The position numbers and the translations under genes were made by a program. From a virus, in IMG/VR virus record IMGVR_UViG_3300008448_012223: DNA of 64,000 nt; one strand, 5' to 3'. The notes under the pieces are model-generated. The model was not told the DNA's origin, did no database searches, and saw nothing but the letters and a program-made list of their open reading frames with translations. Every line of letters begins with the position of its first letter. The stretch's first letter is position 1. Shown here one piece after another: positions 10,030 to 22,007 of the stretch.

Positions 10030-13000
10030 TCTGTTCCAATGTAGGGTTCAGGCATAAACATAGAGGCCTTCAGCTTATTGTGCAGAGATCAATCACTACA
10101 ATTAATAGTCTTCATCGAAATAATTGTATAGCATTCTATAGTAAAATTGATCTATAAGAGTAATAAGTATAAAGGCCTTGACCTTATTGTTGAGAGTCCA
10201 GTCGAAAATCCAATAGTTAGAAATAGTCTTCATTCAAACAAACCCTTATGATTCAATCTAGAGTAAAACGAACCGACATGATTCCTACTCATTAAATAAG
10301 ACCGGGTTACTAAATAACTTGCAGGCTCAATAAGCATAGAGGCCTTAAGCTTATTGTGTAGAGACCAATCATTAATCATAATCATCTTCATTGAAACTAT
10401 CTTCATTGAAATAACCGTCTTTATGTATAATGTTATACTTACTCATTCTCATCTAGAATGTGTTAGACAATACACTTACCAGTCTATAGTAAAACTGGTC
10501 GACAGAGGTAATAAGTATAGAGGCCTTCAGCTTATTGTGCAGAATCCAAATATTACAATTTAGTCTTCATCGAAATAATTGTATAGCAGTCTATAGTAAA
10601 ATTGATCTATAAAAGTAATAAGTATAGAGGCCTTGAGCTTATTGTCGAGAGTCCAGTGGTAAAGCAAACTCAATTTGAAATAATCATTATTACACAGAAC
10701 CCAATTATTATATAAAATCCAATAAGTAGAAATTCTCTTCATAAAAACAAACTCTTATAATTCAATCTAGAGTAAAACGAACCGACATAATACCTGCCCA
10801 TTAAATAAGACTCGGTTACTAAGTAATTTGCCCCAACGGAAAACTCAATAAGCATAGAGGCCTCAAGCTTATTGTGCAAAGACCAATAATCATTAATCAT
10901 CTTCATCTAAATAACCGTCCTCATATTCATCGAATTGCCCATCCTCAAGATAATAATCGCCCTCATCTAGAATATCATCCTTATCTAGGATGTTTTCTAA
11001 CATATTTACCAGTCTACAGTAAAACCGGAAGATAGAGCCGCAACACTCGCTTAGTTTAGGAGTATAAATCTCGAGACCCATCTCTTCATAATAATGAAAC
11101 AAGCGCAAGGCATTGAGATAATCATTATTCAAAATCCAAGGTAACAGACAATCGTTAGAAATATTCTTCATTGAAGTAATCGCTCTCATCTAGAGCGTTA
11201 TATAATCTAGAGTAAAACAAACCGATGTAGTACCTGCTTATTAAATAAAACCTAGGCACTAAGCCGGTTGCCCTAGCGAAAGGCTTAATAAGCATAGAGG
11301 CTCTAAGGTTATTGTGTAGAGTCCACTCGTCACATATAATAGTCTTCATAAAAACATACTCCTAGCCAGTTACCCAATCTGAAGTAAAACAAAGATGTCG
11401 AAGCAGACACCCAAAAAATACTGTAATGCATAGCAAGGTTAAAATAATTATGATTATAATACTTTCTTACATTTATATCAGTGGAAGGCTCTCTACTAGA
11501 TATAGATGCCATAAGCTTATTATTAAGCATAGGCCAATAATCAATCATCTTCATCGAAATAACCACCCTCATCTAGAACGTTATATAACATATTTGCCAG
11601 TCTATGATAAAACCTGGCGGGCCCTCTATATACAATAAAGATGAAGCTATAGTATAAACTTTCACCATTTGCTAATTTTAGCTTGTCAGTAATAGTAAGT
11701 ACACCCCCTTTATTGCTATGAATATAATGACAAAACAGGTTGTTACAATTAACCATCTTCATTGAAGTAGTCATCCTCATTTAGAATATCATTATCATCT
11801 AGAGCGTTATATATAAAAGCCACTAGTCTATAGTAAAACTCGCCGGTAGGGTTAATATGTGTGTGGCCCTTCAACTTATCACACACATTCCAGTAGTAAA
11901 ATAAGGTAATGTCATACAAACAATCGTTAGAAATATTCTTTATTGAAGTAATCACTCTCATCTAGAGCGTTATATATAAAAACCACTAGTCTATAGTAAA
12001 ACAAGTTGATAGCGTTAATAGGTATAGAGGCTTTATGCTTATTATACACATTCCAATTGTACAGAATCAAGTTATAAAACAAAGCAAGCCCGAGATCATT
12101 ATCAATCATCTTCATAGAGTGTATACTTATATAGAATATTGTATATCACAGCTGTTAGTTTATAGTAAAACCAGTCGATAGAGCACCTGCTAAATTTAGG
12201 AATATGAGTCTCGATGGTCACATCCTCATAATAATAAAACAAGTAATTAAGCCTGTTACAACTAATCCATCTCATTGAAATAACCGTCCTCATCTAGAAT
12301 GCTATATAACACATCTTCTAATCTATGATGAAACAGATTGATAGAACCATGGAACCTGTCTAATTCAGGTATATAAGTTATAAGCCACATACCCTCATAA
12401 CATATTAATAATCCGTGATGGTCAGCTGGCAGATCAGTAATAGATATAGGTATATTCAACTTATTACGTGGGGCTCAATTGTTACAATTAATTATCTTCA
12501 TCGAAATAACCGTTCTCATCTAGAATGTTATATAACTCATCTCCTATATAAAACAGGTTGATAGAACCATGGTACCTGAATTAGTCAGGTACAGGAGTTG
12601 TAAAGACACATACCCTCATACAATAAAACAGGGCGTCACAATTAACCATCTTCATTGAAATAATCATCCTCATCTAGAATGTTATATAACTCATCTCCTA
12701 ATCTATGATAAAACAGGTTGATAGAACCATGGAACCTGTCTAATTCAGGTATATAAGTTATAAGCCATATACCCTCATGACAATAAAACGGGGCGTCACA
12801 ATTAATCACCTTCATCGAAATAATCGTCCTCATCTAGAATGCTATATAAATGTTCTAATCTATGATAAAACAGGTTGATAGAGCCAGAGAACTTACTTAA
12901 TTCAAGAGTATAGGTATCGAGATCCATGTTCTCATAATAAAACAAGGCAATATAATAATCGAGCTTAACTAATAAGTCACTTATCTGAATGTGCTCGTCA

Positions 13001-16000
13001 CAGTTAATCACTCTCATTGAAGTAATCGTCCTCTCTATTAAGAAAGCTATATATTACAAGTTCTACTAATCTATAATAAAAAAGTCTTCCAGGACTATAA
13101 GCAAAATACAATTTGATTAATAATTTACGTAGGTCAACGGGCAGATCAGTAATAGGTATATTCAAGTTATTACGCGGAGCCCAGTCATTACAATTAATCA
13201 TCTTCATCGAAATAATCCCCCTCCCCTAGAAAGTCATATAACAAACATGCTAGTTTATAATAAAACAAGTCGATAGGAACATGTAACTTGTCCAATTCAG
13301 GGATATAGGCCCCGAGACCCATGCTTTCATGGTAGTAACGATAGAACCATAGATAGTATAGATTATCACCATTTGGTAAAATCGGCGGGTCAATATATAT
13401 ATTCAGTTTACTACTATGAGGCGCCCAATCGTTACAATTAATCATCTTCATAGAAATAATGGTAGGTTATAGTAGGCTCAGATAGGTTATGGTAAACCCA
13501 AGCGACTCCTCTGACATAAAAGTTATCGTATAAACTATTATGGTTTGCTATCAACGGGTTAGTAATAGGTGTAGATACACCTAACGTATTACGTGGGGCC
13601 CAGTCATTACAGTTAATTATCTTCATATAATTAATTGTCCTCATCTAGAATGTTATACAACACTACTCCCGCTAGTCTATGGTAAAACCTGGCGGGCCCC
13701 CCAGCGTTATAAGTATGAAAGTTATAGTTATAGAAACTGTAGTATAAACTATCACTGTCTACTAAAATCGACGGGTCAGTAATATATTTATTCAGTTTAC
13801 TACGTGAAGGCCAACCGTTAATCATATTCATAAAAATATAACAATCTATGGTAAAACCAAGCAGGCCCTCCACCATGATAAAGATAGAAGTTATAGAATA
13901 ACTTATTATTATCTGCTATTGGAAGAACAATAGTAGGTACAGGTGCATTCATACGGAGCCCATTTAAATTACGCGGAGTCCAACCATTACAATCAATCTT
14001 CTTCATATAATTAATTGTCCTCATCTAGAATGTTATATGATGCTACTCTTTCCAGTATATAATAAAACAGCACCCCATCATAAAAGCTATAGTATAAATT
14101 ATCAACGCTCGCTAGAGGCGGATTAGTAATAGGTATGTATGAAGTCCACGCATGCGGGTCTCTTCTATTACGAGGAGCCCAATTGTCAGAATTAATCTTC
14201 TTCATAGAAATAATGGTAGGGCCACTATAGTATAAAACATAGCAAGCCCCCCATCATCATTATAAAGATAAAAGCTATAGTATAAATTATCAACGCTCAC
14301 TAGAGGTGGATTAGTGATAGTGAGTACGTATGGAGCCACATGCGGGTCTCTTCTATTACGAGGAACCCAATTGTCAGAATTAATCTTCTTCATCGAAATA
14401 ATCATTCTCATATAGAACGTTATATAATACTATCCCCGACAGTCTATAGTAAAGTATAGCAAGTCCTCCAGAATTATAAAGATAGAAGCTATAGTATAAA
14501 TTATTGATATTTGCTACTGGCGGGGCAGTGATAGGTACAGGTACATTCCACTCATACGGGGCCCAGCAATTTGGATTAATTGTTTTCATAGAGATAGTTA
14601 TCCTGACCTAAAATATCAATATACCAGTCTATGTTAAAGCGCGCTGATAAGAGCGCAGTTTATAGGCCAGTCTATAGTAAAATTGGAAGATAGAGCCACA
14701 GCACTTGTTTAATTCAGGAGTATAAATCTCGAGACCCAGCTCTTCATAATAATAAAACAAGTACAAAGCATTGAAATAATCATTATTCAAAATCCAATTG
14801 TTACAACTAATCGCTCTCATCGAAATAATCATCCTCATATAGAATATCGTATATCACAGTTCTTAGTCTATAGTAAAACCCGCCGGTAGAGATAATAAGT
14901 ATACGGGCCTTTAGCTTATTCTTGATAGTCCAGTTGTAAAACAAAGCAAGTTTGAAAACATTACAATTAATCATCTTCATAGAATATATATTTATCTACT
15001 ATGTGTATATACAGTCTATAGTAAAATCGGTCGACAGCATAAAACCTTAATTCAGGAGTATAGGTGAAACCCGCACGCTCACAATAATAAAAAAAGTAAT
15101 TAAGCTTGTTACAACTAATCGCTCTCATTGAAGTAATTGCCCCCCAAGCTTAAGGCCTCATTCAGAAAGCCATATATCACAAATTCTCCCAGTCTATAAT
15201 AAAACCAGGCGAGTCTCCCAGGACTATAAGCAAAATACAATTTGCTTAATAATACCTGTAGGTCAACAGGCGGGTCAGTAATAGGTATAGGTATATTCAA
15301 CTGATTACACGGGGCCCAATTATTACAACTAATCATCTTCATCGAAATAATCATCCCCATATAGAATGTCGTATATCACAGCTGTTAGTTTATAGTGAAG
15401 CCGGTCGATAGAGCACCTGCTAAATTCAGGAATATGACTCTCGATGGTCACATCCTCATAATAAAAAAACAAGTACTTAAGCTTATTACAACTAATCGCT
15501 CTCATTGAAGTAATCACCCCCTATTCAGAAAGCCGTATATCCCAAATTCTTCCATTCTATAATAAAACCAGGCGACTTCTCGACTATAAGCAAAATACAC
15601 CTGTAGGTCAACAGGCGGGTCAGTAATAGGTATAGATATCATAGGTAGATTTAACTTATGACGTGGGGTCCAATTGTTACAATTAATTATCTTCATCGAA
15701 ATAATCGTCCTCATCTAGAGTGTTATAATAAAACACGCTTACCAGTCTATAATAAAACCGGTCGATAGTTACAAGACCTGTGTTATCGTAATAATAAGTT
15801 CTAATAGGCCTAGGTATATTCAACTTATTACGTGGGGCCCATTTGTCACTATCATCTATCTTCATAGAAATTGTCCTTAGCTAACAATGTCAGTCTATAA
15901 TAAAACAACTTGATAGAAGCATAAAACTTATTTAATTCAGGTAGATAGACCCAGAGACCCACACTCATACTTTCGTAGTGGTAATGATAAAAGCTATAGT

Positions 16001-17600
16001 ATAAACTACCACTGTTTGCTAAAACCGGCGGATCAGCAGCAGGTATATTCAACTTATTAAGTGAAGGCCAGTCGTTAATAATCTTCATAGAAATAATTCC
16101 CCTCCTCTAGAAAGTCATATAACAAAAAATACTACCCCACGACAGACTATAGTAAAATATAGCAAGTCCTTTAGAATTATAAAGATAGAAGCTATAGTAT
16201 AAATTATTGATATTTGCTACTGGCGGAGCGGTGATAAATACAGGTAAACCCCATTTATACAGAGCCCAGCAATTTGGATTAATTATTTTCATTGAGATAG
16301 TTATCCTCACCTAAAATATCAATGTACCAGTCTATGTTAGAGCGCTGATAAAGCAGCAATTTACAATAAAACCAGTCGACAGAAACATATAACCTGTCTA
16401 ATTCAAGAGTATAGGCCCCAATTATACTTTCATAGAACCATGTATAATATAAATTATCGCCGTTTGCTAGAATCGCTGGGTCAGTAATAGATTTAGATAT
16501 AGACATATCTGGACCCCAATTACTACTAAGCCAACCGTTACAATTAATAATCTTCATAGAGATAATCATCCTCATCTAATGATAGTTTACGGTAAAACCA
16601 AGCAAGCCCTTGATTATTATAAGTATGAAACTTATAGTATAAACTATAACCATCTGTTATTAGAGGATCAGTAATAGGTATAAGTTCACCCCAATATGGA
16701 GCCCATCTAGTATTGCGAAGAGCCCAACCATTATAATTAATCATCTTCATAGAAGTAATTGTCCTCATCTAGAATGTTATATACATTTCCTGCTAGTCTA
16801 TCGTAAAACTTGGCGGGCCCCCCAGCATTATAAACGTAGAAGCTATAATATAAAATATCACTGTTTGTTAAAATTGGCAGGTTAGTAATAGGTATAGGTG
16901 CGTCCCATAAATAATGATTATGGGGTGCCCAACCATTACAATTAATCTTCTTCATAGAGATAATCATTCTCATCTGGCGATAGTTTACGATAAAACCAAG
17001 CAAGCCCTTCATTATTATAAGTATGAAACTTATAGTATAAACTATAACCACTTGTTATCAGAGGATTAGTAATAGGTACAAGTTCACCCCAATATGGAGC
17101 CCATCTAGTATTACGAGGAGCCCAACCATTAGAATTAATAACCTTCATAGAAATAGTCACCCTCATATAGAATATTATATACATTTCCTGCCAGTCTATC
17201 GTAAAACTTGGAGGGCCCCCCAACATTATAACCGTAGAAGCTATAGTATACAGTATCACCGTTTGCTAAAATTGGCGGGTTAGTAATAGGTATAGGCGCG
17301 TCCCATTCATAATACGGCGCCCCATAATCGTTATGGGGCGCCCAATAGTTTGGATTAATCTTTTTCAACAAATGTTTCCTTTTGGTACTATTAATTATCT
17401 TTATAGAAATTGTCCTTAGCGAACAGTGTCAGTATATAATAAAACATCCCAGCATTATAAACGTAGAACCTATAGTATAAAGTATCACCGTTTGCTATTG
17501 GCGGGTTAGTAATAGGTATAGGTGCGTCCCATAGATAATCATTATGAGGCGCCCCATAATGATTATGGGGCGCCCAATAATTTGTACTAATCTCTTTCAT
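10030..17600 (-). repeat. tandem array of about 40 diverged ~190-250 bp coding units
   Basis: 32 overlapping minus-strand ORFs of 60 aa or more in the track plus shorter units; most share M(K/R)xI(N/S)C..W, FYYRL and LDEDDYF(D/N)ED motifs and a conserved DNA junction. Confidence 0.9.
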
Positions 17601-17615
17601 CAGGTGCCTCCTCTT

Positions 17616-18002
17616 TTACTGGACGTAAAACGACTTTTTCTTATAAGCAACCACCTTTAAATACACCTCTAGCAAAGCCTCAATGAGAGACTCTTGTCGA
17701 GAGACAAAACAACGCGAAGTCTCGTAAATATTGGGGTTCACACTAACTGTCACAGTATAACTATTAGGTAATCGTTGAATAACCCAACCATAACCAGAGC
17801 TATCTAGACGCATTTGGAAAAAATAGATCAACTTAGCAAGCGACCCCCGATCTAACAAAAAGGGATCAGGATCAGAGGTAGAGATAGAAATACAATCACC
17901 CCAAGATAGTTGGATAAAAAAGGTATTCCGAAAAGTACCCCACCCATACCGACAAATGTGAGGCTCAGACTTGACCCAATCATGCAAAAATTCAGTAAGC
18001 AT
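17616..18002 (-). CDS. hypothetical protein
   Basis: ORF immediately upstream of the array. Confidence 0.55.
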   Translation of the reverse strand: MLTEFLHDWVKSEPHICRYGWGTFRNTFFIQLSWGDCISISTSDPDPFLLDRGSLAKLIYFFQMRLDSSGYGWVIQRLPNSYTVTVSVNPNIYETSRCFVSRQESLIEALLEVYLKVVAYKKKSFYVQ

Positions 18003-18090
18003 TTATACCCTCTGTATAGACGACAATATGTTGTAATAAGAATAGACTAACAAGAATACTCGTTAAGATACTTTATATCTAACTAATTAA

Positions 18091-18417
18091 TTAAAATTGT
18101 TGAATAATAACGCCCCCCTCAAATTTAATTACTGTTGTTTTGTCTTCTAGATAAGTAATAGCAGATGACTCTACATCATCCTCATCCTCATCATCTTCTG
18201 GTATAAAGCCGTAATGTTCGGCCGCTTCTAGGGCGCTAGAGTATTCTGAATACTCGCACCGGATAGCGACTCTATCAAATTCGATAGATTCATCAAGGCT
18301 ATCCTCTAAATCTTCTAGATACCCAACTAAAGCCTCAGCGCCCGACCATGACCAATCAGCATTATCATCCTCTTTGAGTAGCTTGATAGCTTCATCGGTG
18401 CTTATATTTTGATGCAT
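18091..18417 (-). CDS. acidic hypothetical phage protein
   Basis: ORF with upstream AGGGA. Confidence 0.55.
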   Translation of the reverse strand: MHQNISTDEAIKLLKEDDNADWSWSGAEALVGYLEDLEDSLDESIEFDRVAIRCEYSEYSSALEAAEHYGFIPEDDEDEDDVESSAITYLEDKTTVIKFEGGVIIQQF

Positions 18418-18568
18418 TTTATCTTTCCCTTAGATTAACAATTAGGTTTAAATTCAGATTCTTTGGTTAGTGCCATGCAATAGACTGGGGCTATAGACAA
18501 TAGAACCCCCCTGCCAAAGTGCAAGGGGGGCCACTAATAATAGATGAAAGGTTCTACCTTACAGTAGT

Positions 18569-18853
18569 TCACCCATTGTTATCAAATAGATTTCTGTAGG
18601 CCTCGTATACGGCATCAGGTGCCTCCTCGTCATTGTATTGTTGAGCCGACTTGAATGTAGATAAGATGCTCAATAGATTAGGGCGGTAGTTAGGGATAAT
18701 ACAATAACCACCATTAATCCATCTAATACACGCGAGACGACGGGTGCCATGAAACCAGCATAAGATCTCATCGCCAAGGGCCGTATGAGATTGATATGGT
18801 TCGCGGAAGTCAGATATACGCCCCCGCAAGTATTTAAGTAAATCTAACATCAT
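18569..18853 (-). CDS. hypothetical protein
   Basis: ORF overlapping the helicase stop codon. Confidence 0.5.
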   Translation of the reverse strand: MMLDLLKYLRGRISDFREPYQSHTALGDEILCWFHGTRRLACIRWINGGYCIIPNYRPNLLSILSTFKSAQQYNDEEAPDAVYEAYRNLFDNNG

Positions 18854-20028
18854 GATTTAGTACCTAACCGATTATAGAATTTAAGGATAGAGGGCTCTAT
18901 ATAGCAACTATCACAGAAGGCGGATCGTGTACCTATCAGGCGGAGGCCGCTATAGTGACGTACACGACTAAGAATAGTATAGAGGCCCCCGCTGAGCCAA
19001 CGTAAATTACTGAGACGAGCCTGTACGTTATTAAGCGTGAGCCCCTGACTACGATGGACAGTAAGGGCATAGCCCAGTCTAACGGGTAAGTAGTGGCAGC
19101 GGCCCAATAGTTTGTTAGTGCCGAGCTCTTTATTATCTCGTGTCACGTATTCAATGATAGTCTCCTGACCGGTACGTTCTACTGTCACCAGTATAGTATT
19201 AGTCATGAGCTCCTTGACTATGGCGATATCGCCATTAGCGTATGTAGGTAGTCTATTACGAAGTAGAATAACGCGCGCGCCTTTCCTTAGCTCTACTGAT
19301 TCAGGTATTTGGCCCCACTCAGGAGCGGTCCTCCCCCCCTTCGGTATAACGTAATTCTTAGTATAGAGGCGACTAGGCCCTTCTAGTTGTGCTAGGTGCA
19401 GGGCGTTATATCTATCTACACTATCATTAGTAGGCAGGATAGTAGTACCTGCGTAGTTATCTTCGAGCTGATTGACAAACTCTACATTATCTATGAACCA
19501 ATCTACTGCTTCGTGAGGCCGCCCTTCTCTTACGCTAGTCAGCGCCTGTATAAAGCCGGGGTCATTCTGGCGCCTGACCTCTCGTAAGTACTGTATATCG
19601 AAGCTCTGTAGGCAGTCTGTTTGATAGACTGGCGTGCTAGTGACCTTTTTATCTGGTACTAGTGGTAACTGACAGAAGTCTCCCACGAGTAGGAGATTCA
19701 TATTTATGTTACTCTTCTCCATTACGTGATGGATAATAGTTAGTTGAGGGCCATGTAACATACTGATCTCGTCTATGACTAGAGTATCAAATGCATTAGA
19801 TATAGCCTGTAGCTGAGTGGTCAGCTTTCCACTAGAAGCGGAGCGTAATAGACTAGTAGTGTCGAAGAACTGGAGGGCCGCGTGAATAGTAGTACCACCT
19901 GCATTAATAGCGCTCACGCCGGTACTACTAGTGATGAGGGCCTTACTCAAACTCTGTATGTATGTTGTCTTACCACTCCCTGCTGGACCCAGCAGCATCT
20001 GATAGGGGCCGTTGAACGTTATCTGCAT
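18850..20028 (-). CDS. PIF1/RecD-like SF1B helicase
   Basis: GPAGSGKTT, IDEISML, GDFCQLP, RRQND, YALTVHRSQGLTL. Confidence 0.9.
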   Translation of the reverse strand: MQITFNGPYQMLLGPAGSGKTTYIQSLSKALITSSTGVSAINAGGTTIHAALQFFDTTSLLRSASSGKLTTQLQAISNAFDTLVIDEISMLHGPQLTIIHHVMEKSNINMNLLLVGDFCQLPLVPDKKVTSTPVYQTDCLQSFDIQYLREVRRQNDPGFIQALTSVREGRPHEAVDWFIDNVEFVNQLEDNYAGTTILPTNDSVDRYNALHLAQLEGPSRLYTKNYVIPKGGRTAPEWGQIPESVELRKGARVILLRNRLPTYANGDIAIVKELMTNTILVTVERTGQETIIEYVTRDNKELGTNKLLGRCHYLPVRLGYALTVHRSQGLTLNNVQARLSNLRWLSGGLYTILSRVRHYSGLRLIGTRSAFCDSCYIEPSILKFYNRLGTKS

Positions 20029-20425
20029 CTAATCTCCGTATAGTCCTAATTGTTTTACTCCATCGGTTCATCTCGCATTCGAGATAGATAATCAACTCGG
20101 CCCGCGCGGACTTCAAATACTTATGACTATGAGGAGTACTAACATCACACCGCTCAATAACTGATAGGTGTCCCTTCTGTCTTACTAGATAGTTACCATA
20201 ACCTGCTACACTAGCGGGCCTAATAGCACGGGCTAGGCGGATACTAGCCTTATAATCTGCGCGGCCCTTCTTCAGGTAATTGAGTAATCTACTCTGTTGC
20301 GTCATAAAACTTAGACTAGGCTGCCTATCATACGCCACGGCTGCGAGATAATCAGTGACACCTATATAAGAATCGGGGCCCTCATATATAACGTAGTACC
20401 ACGGTCTATTATCTAGTATTGACAT
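19970..20425 (-). CDS. hypothetical protein, possible GIY-YIG-like N-terminus
   Basis: YYVIYE...YIGVT only. Confidence 0.35.
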   Translation of the reverse strand: MSILDNRPWYYVIYEGPDSYIGVTDYLAAVAYDRQPSLSFMTQQSRLLNYLKKGRADYKASIRLARAIRPASVAGYGNYLVRQKGHLSVIERCDVSTPHSHKYLKSARAELIIYLECEMNRWSKTIRTIRRLDADNVQRPLSDAAGSSREW

Positions 20426-20996
20426 AAATCTTAAGCAATCCCTCTAGTGCCTTCTTCAAGTCTGATACTCTACGGTAGTCATTAACTATGTCTATATAAT
20501 GAACGCCCGCCTCATCAAGACGAGCCAGACGGTCCTTAATAGCCTGATAGTTAACATCACTACTCAGTACCTGCTCAGACGGGCGGCTTATATTGATTAC
20601 TATACAACATCTATTAATCAATGTAGATAGCATACTCTCTATTACCTCTACCTCCTCTAGGTTACGTAAGGACAATAGAACAGTAGGTATACCCTCGCTA
20701 ATATGGCGCTGTATCTCAGTCCGCATCATACGACTAGAGAAGTAACGGTCATTCTCTCTCATGAAGTGATAGAGATTAACCATGAACTGATTCATGGTTA
20801 TATTCATACCATTGGGCGTATACTCCTTGTATTCTGTTGTATCGAGGGCCCCCTCTGGCAATCCATAGTATTTCTCCATGAAGCGCTTCCACGGAGCTAT
20901 AGGATGGATCTCCTGTACCCCCAGTAACTTAGATAAACACTTAGAGGCTTCAGTCTTACCTGAGCCACTCAAACCATGAATAATAATAAAGAACAT
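20409..20996 (-). CDS. P-loop nucleoside monophosphate kinase-like protein
   Basis: N-terminal IHGLSGSGKT and size typical of dNMP kinases. Confidence 0.65.
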   Translation of the reverse strand: MFFIIIHGLSGSGKTEASKCLSKLLGVQEIHPIAPWKRFMEKYYGLPEGALDTTEYKEYTPNGMNITMNQFMVNLYHFMRENDRYFSSRMMRTEIQRHISEGIPTVLLSLRNLEEVEVIESMLSTLINRCCIVINISRPSEQVLSSDVNYQAIKDRLARLDEAGVHYIDIVNDYRRVSDLKKALEGLLKIYVNTR

Positions 20997-21009
20997 AGGT
21001 AGTCATGCA

Positions 21010-21081
21010 AAGACAATTTTAGAAGTCTCTGATAGAATTGAAGTGCTAGGGTAGCTTGGTAGCTAAAGGCCAAAACGGAGC
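21010..21081 (+). repeat. ~72-bp direct repeat of 22261..22333 (promoter plus 5' end of the tRNA-like RNA)
   Basis: gacaattttagaag.ctctgata.aattgaa.tgctagggtagcttggtagctaaaggc..aaacggagc present at both loci. Confidence 0.9.
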
Positions 21082-21085
21082 ATAA

Positions 21086-21117
21086 CAAAAAAACAGAGGG
21101 ACAACCCTCTGTTTTTT
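21086..21117. terminator. bidirectional intrinsic terminator
   Basis: aaaaaacagaggg-acaa-ccctctgtttttt. Confidence 0.8.
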
Positions 21118-21122
21118 ATTTA

Positions 21123-21293
21123 TTAACTTTTGAGCGGTTTAACGTATTCCCAGTCTTTTTCAAAATCTTTTTGTTTAATTCGATAACCATTAGAAAGAAG
21201 AACAAAAATAACATTGTCTGTTAACTGAAATTCTTTGACTTCTGAAATTTCAGAAGTAGTTTTGTTATACACAAGCGGCTTTAAGAATGACAT
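21123..21293 (-). CDS. 56-aa hypothetical protein (below ORF-track cutoff)
   Basis: ATG at 21293 with AGGAG RBS, open to TAA at 21123. Confidence 0.55.
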   Translation of the reverse strand: MSFLKPLVYNKTTSEISEVKEFQLTDNVIFVLLSNGYRIKQKDFEKDWEYVKPLKS

Positions 21294-21351
21294 AGTGAGT
21301 TACTCCTAATTGATTTGATTTTTTAACTAATAACTAATAGCTAATTTTGCA

Positions 21352-21582
21352 CTAATCTAACTCAGATAGTAAGGCTTTAATTGTATTCAATGCAATACCC
21401 TCTGGTGTATATTTTGGTACAGATGATATAGCTAGTAGCTCTTCAAGCATCTGACTAAAAAATTTTAGCTGTTCTTCTTTATCAGAAAAAGGAAAAACTG
21501 TATTACCGACTACATTCGTTAGTTTATCTGACATCAATGAAATTTGAGGATTGCGTGCGTAATAGTCAATTTTTTGGTTCAT
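21352..21582 (-). CDS. hypothetical protein, AT-rich island
   Basis: ORF. Confidence 0.5.
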   Translation of the reverse strand: MNQKIDYYARNPQISLMSDKLTNVVGNTVFPFSDKEEQLKFFSQMLEELLAISSVPKYTPEGIALNTIKALLSELD

Positions 21583-21608
21583 TTAGGTTATTTTAGCTGT
21601 TTCTTAGT

Positions 21609-22007
21609 TTATTCGTAGTCCCAATCAAAGGGAGATTCATTGACATAACCTTCCTTTGCAAGGTAACTAGCTATAACAAGAGATTGTAGAAAAAGACAAT
21701 AGTTTTTCTTAAGAAGCTTAGGTATTGTCACACCTGCTAGTAGCGAAAAAACAACCAGTAATATTCTTGTCTTTAAGTACCAAAAACACCCTACTTTTCT
21801 GTCCTGATCAGCGTCAATAAATGCACTGCTTAAAAGTGCATCTATATCGTCTGATTTAATTGCGCTGTCATAAAATCCTTTTAACACTGTCGATACAAAG
21901 GGTTTTTTTGATGCTTTATTTACCAAACGATTGACGTAATGCTTAGCTTCTCTTGGTAACTCATCGTAGCTTGAATCGATTAATATTCGATAGGTTTGAG
22001 TGTTCAT
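21609..22007 (-). CDS. hypothetical protein, AT-rich island
   Basis: ORF with AGGAG RBS. Confidence 0.6.
   Translation of the reverse strand: MNTQTYRILIDSSYDELPREAKHYVNRLVNKASKKPFVSTVLKGFYDSAIKSDDIDALLSSAFIDADQDRKVGCFWYLKTRILLVVFSLLAGVTIPKLLKKNYCLFLQSLVIASYLAKEGYVNESPFDWDYE

Noticed and set aside
16560-17360. DGR-type adenine mutagenesis as the source of array diversity
   Set aside because: Differences between the near-duplicate blocks affect all four bases and include indels; no RT is present in the window
10030-17600. CRISPR array or integron cassette array
   Set aside because: Repeats are degenerate and coding, the variable parts are ~150 nt and homologous to each other, and no cas gene, integrase or attC-like palindrome was seen
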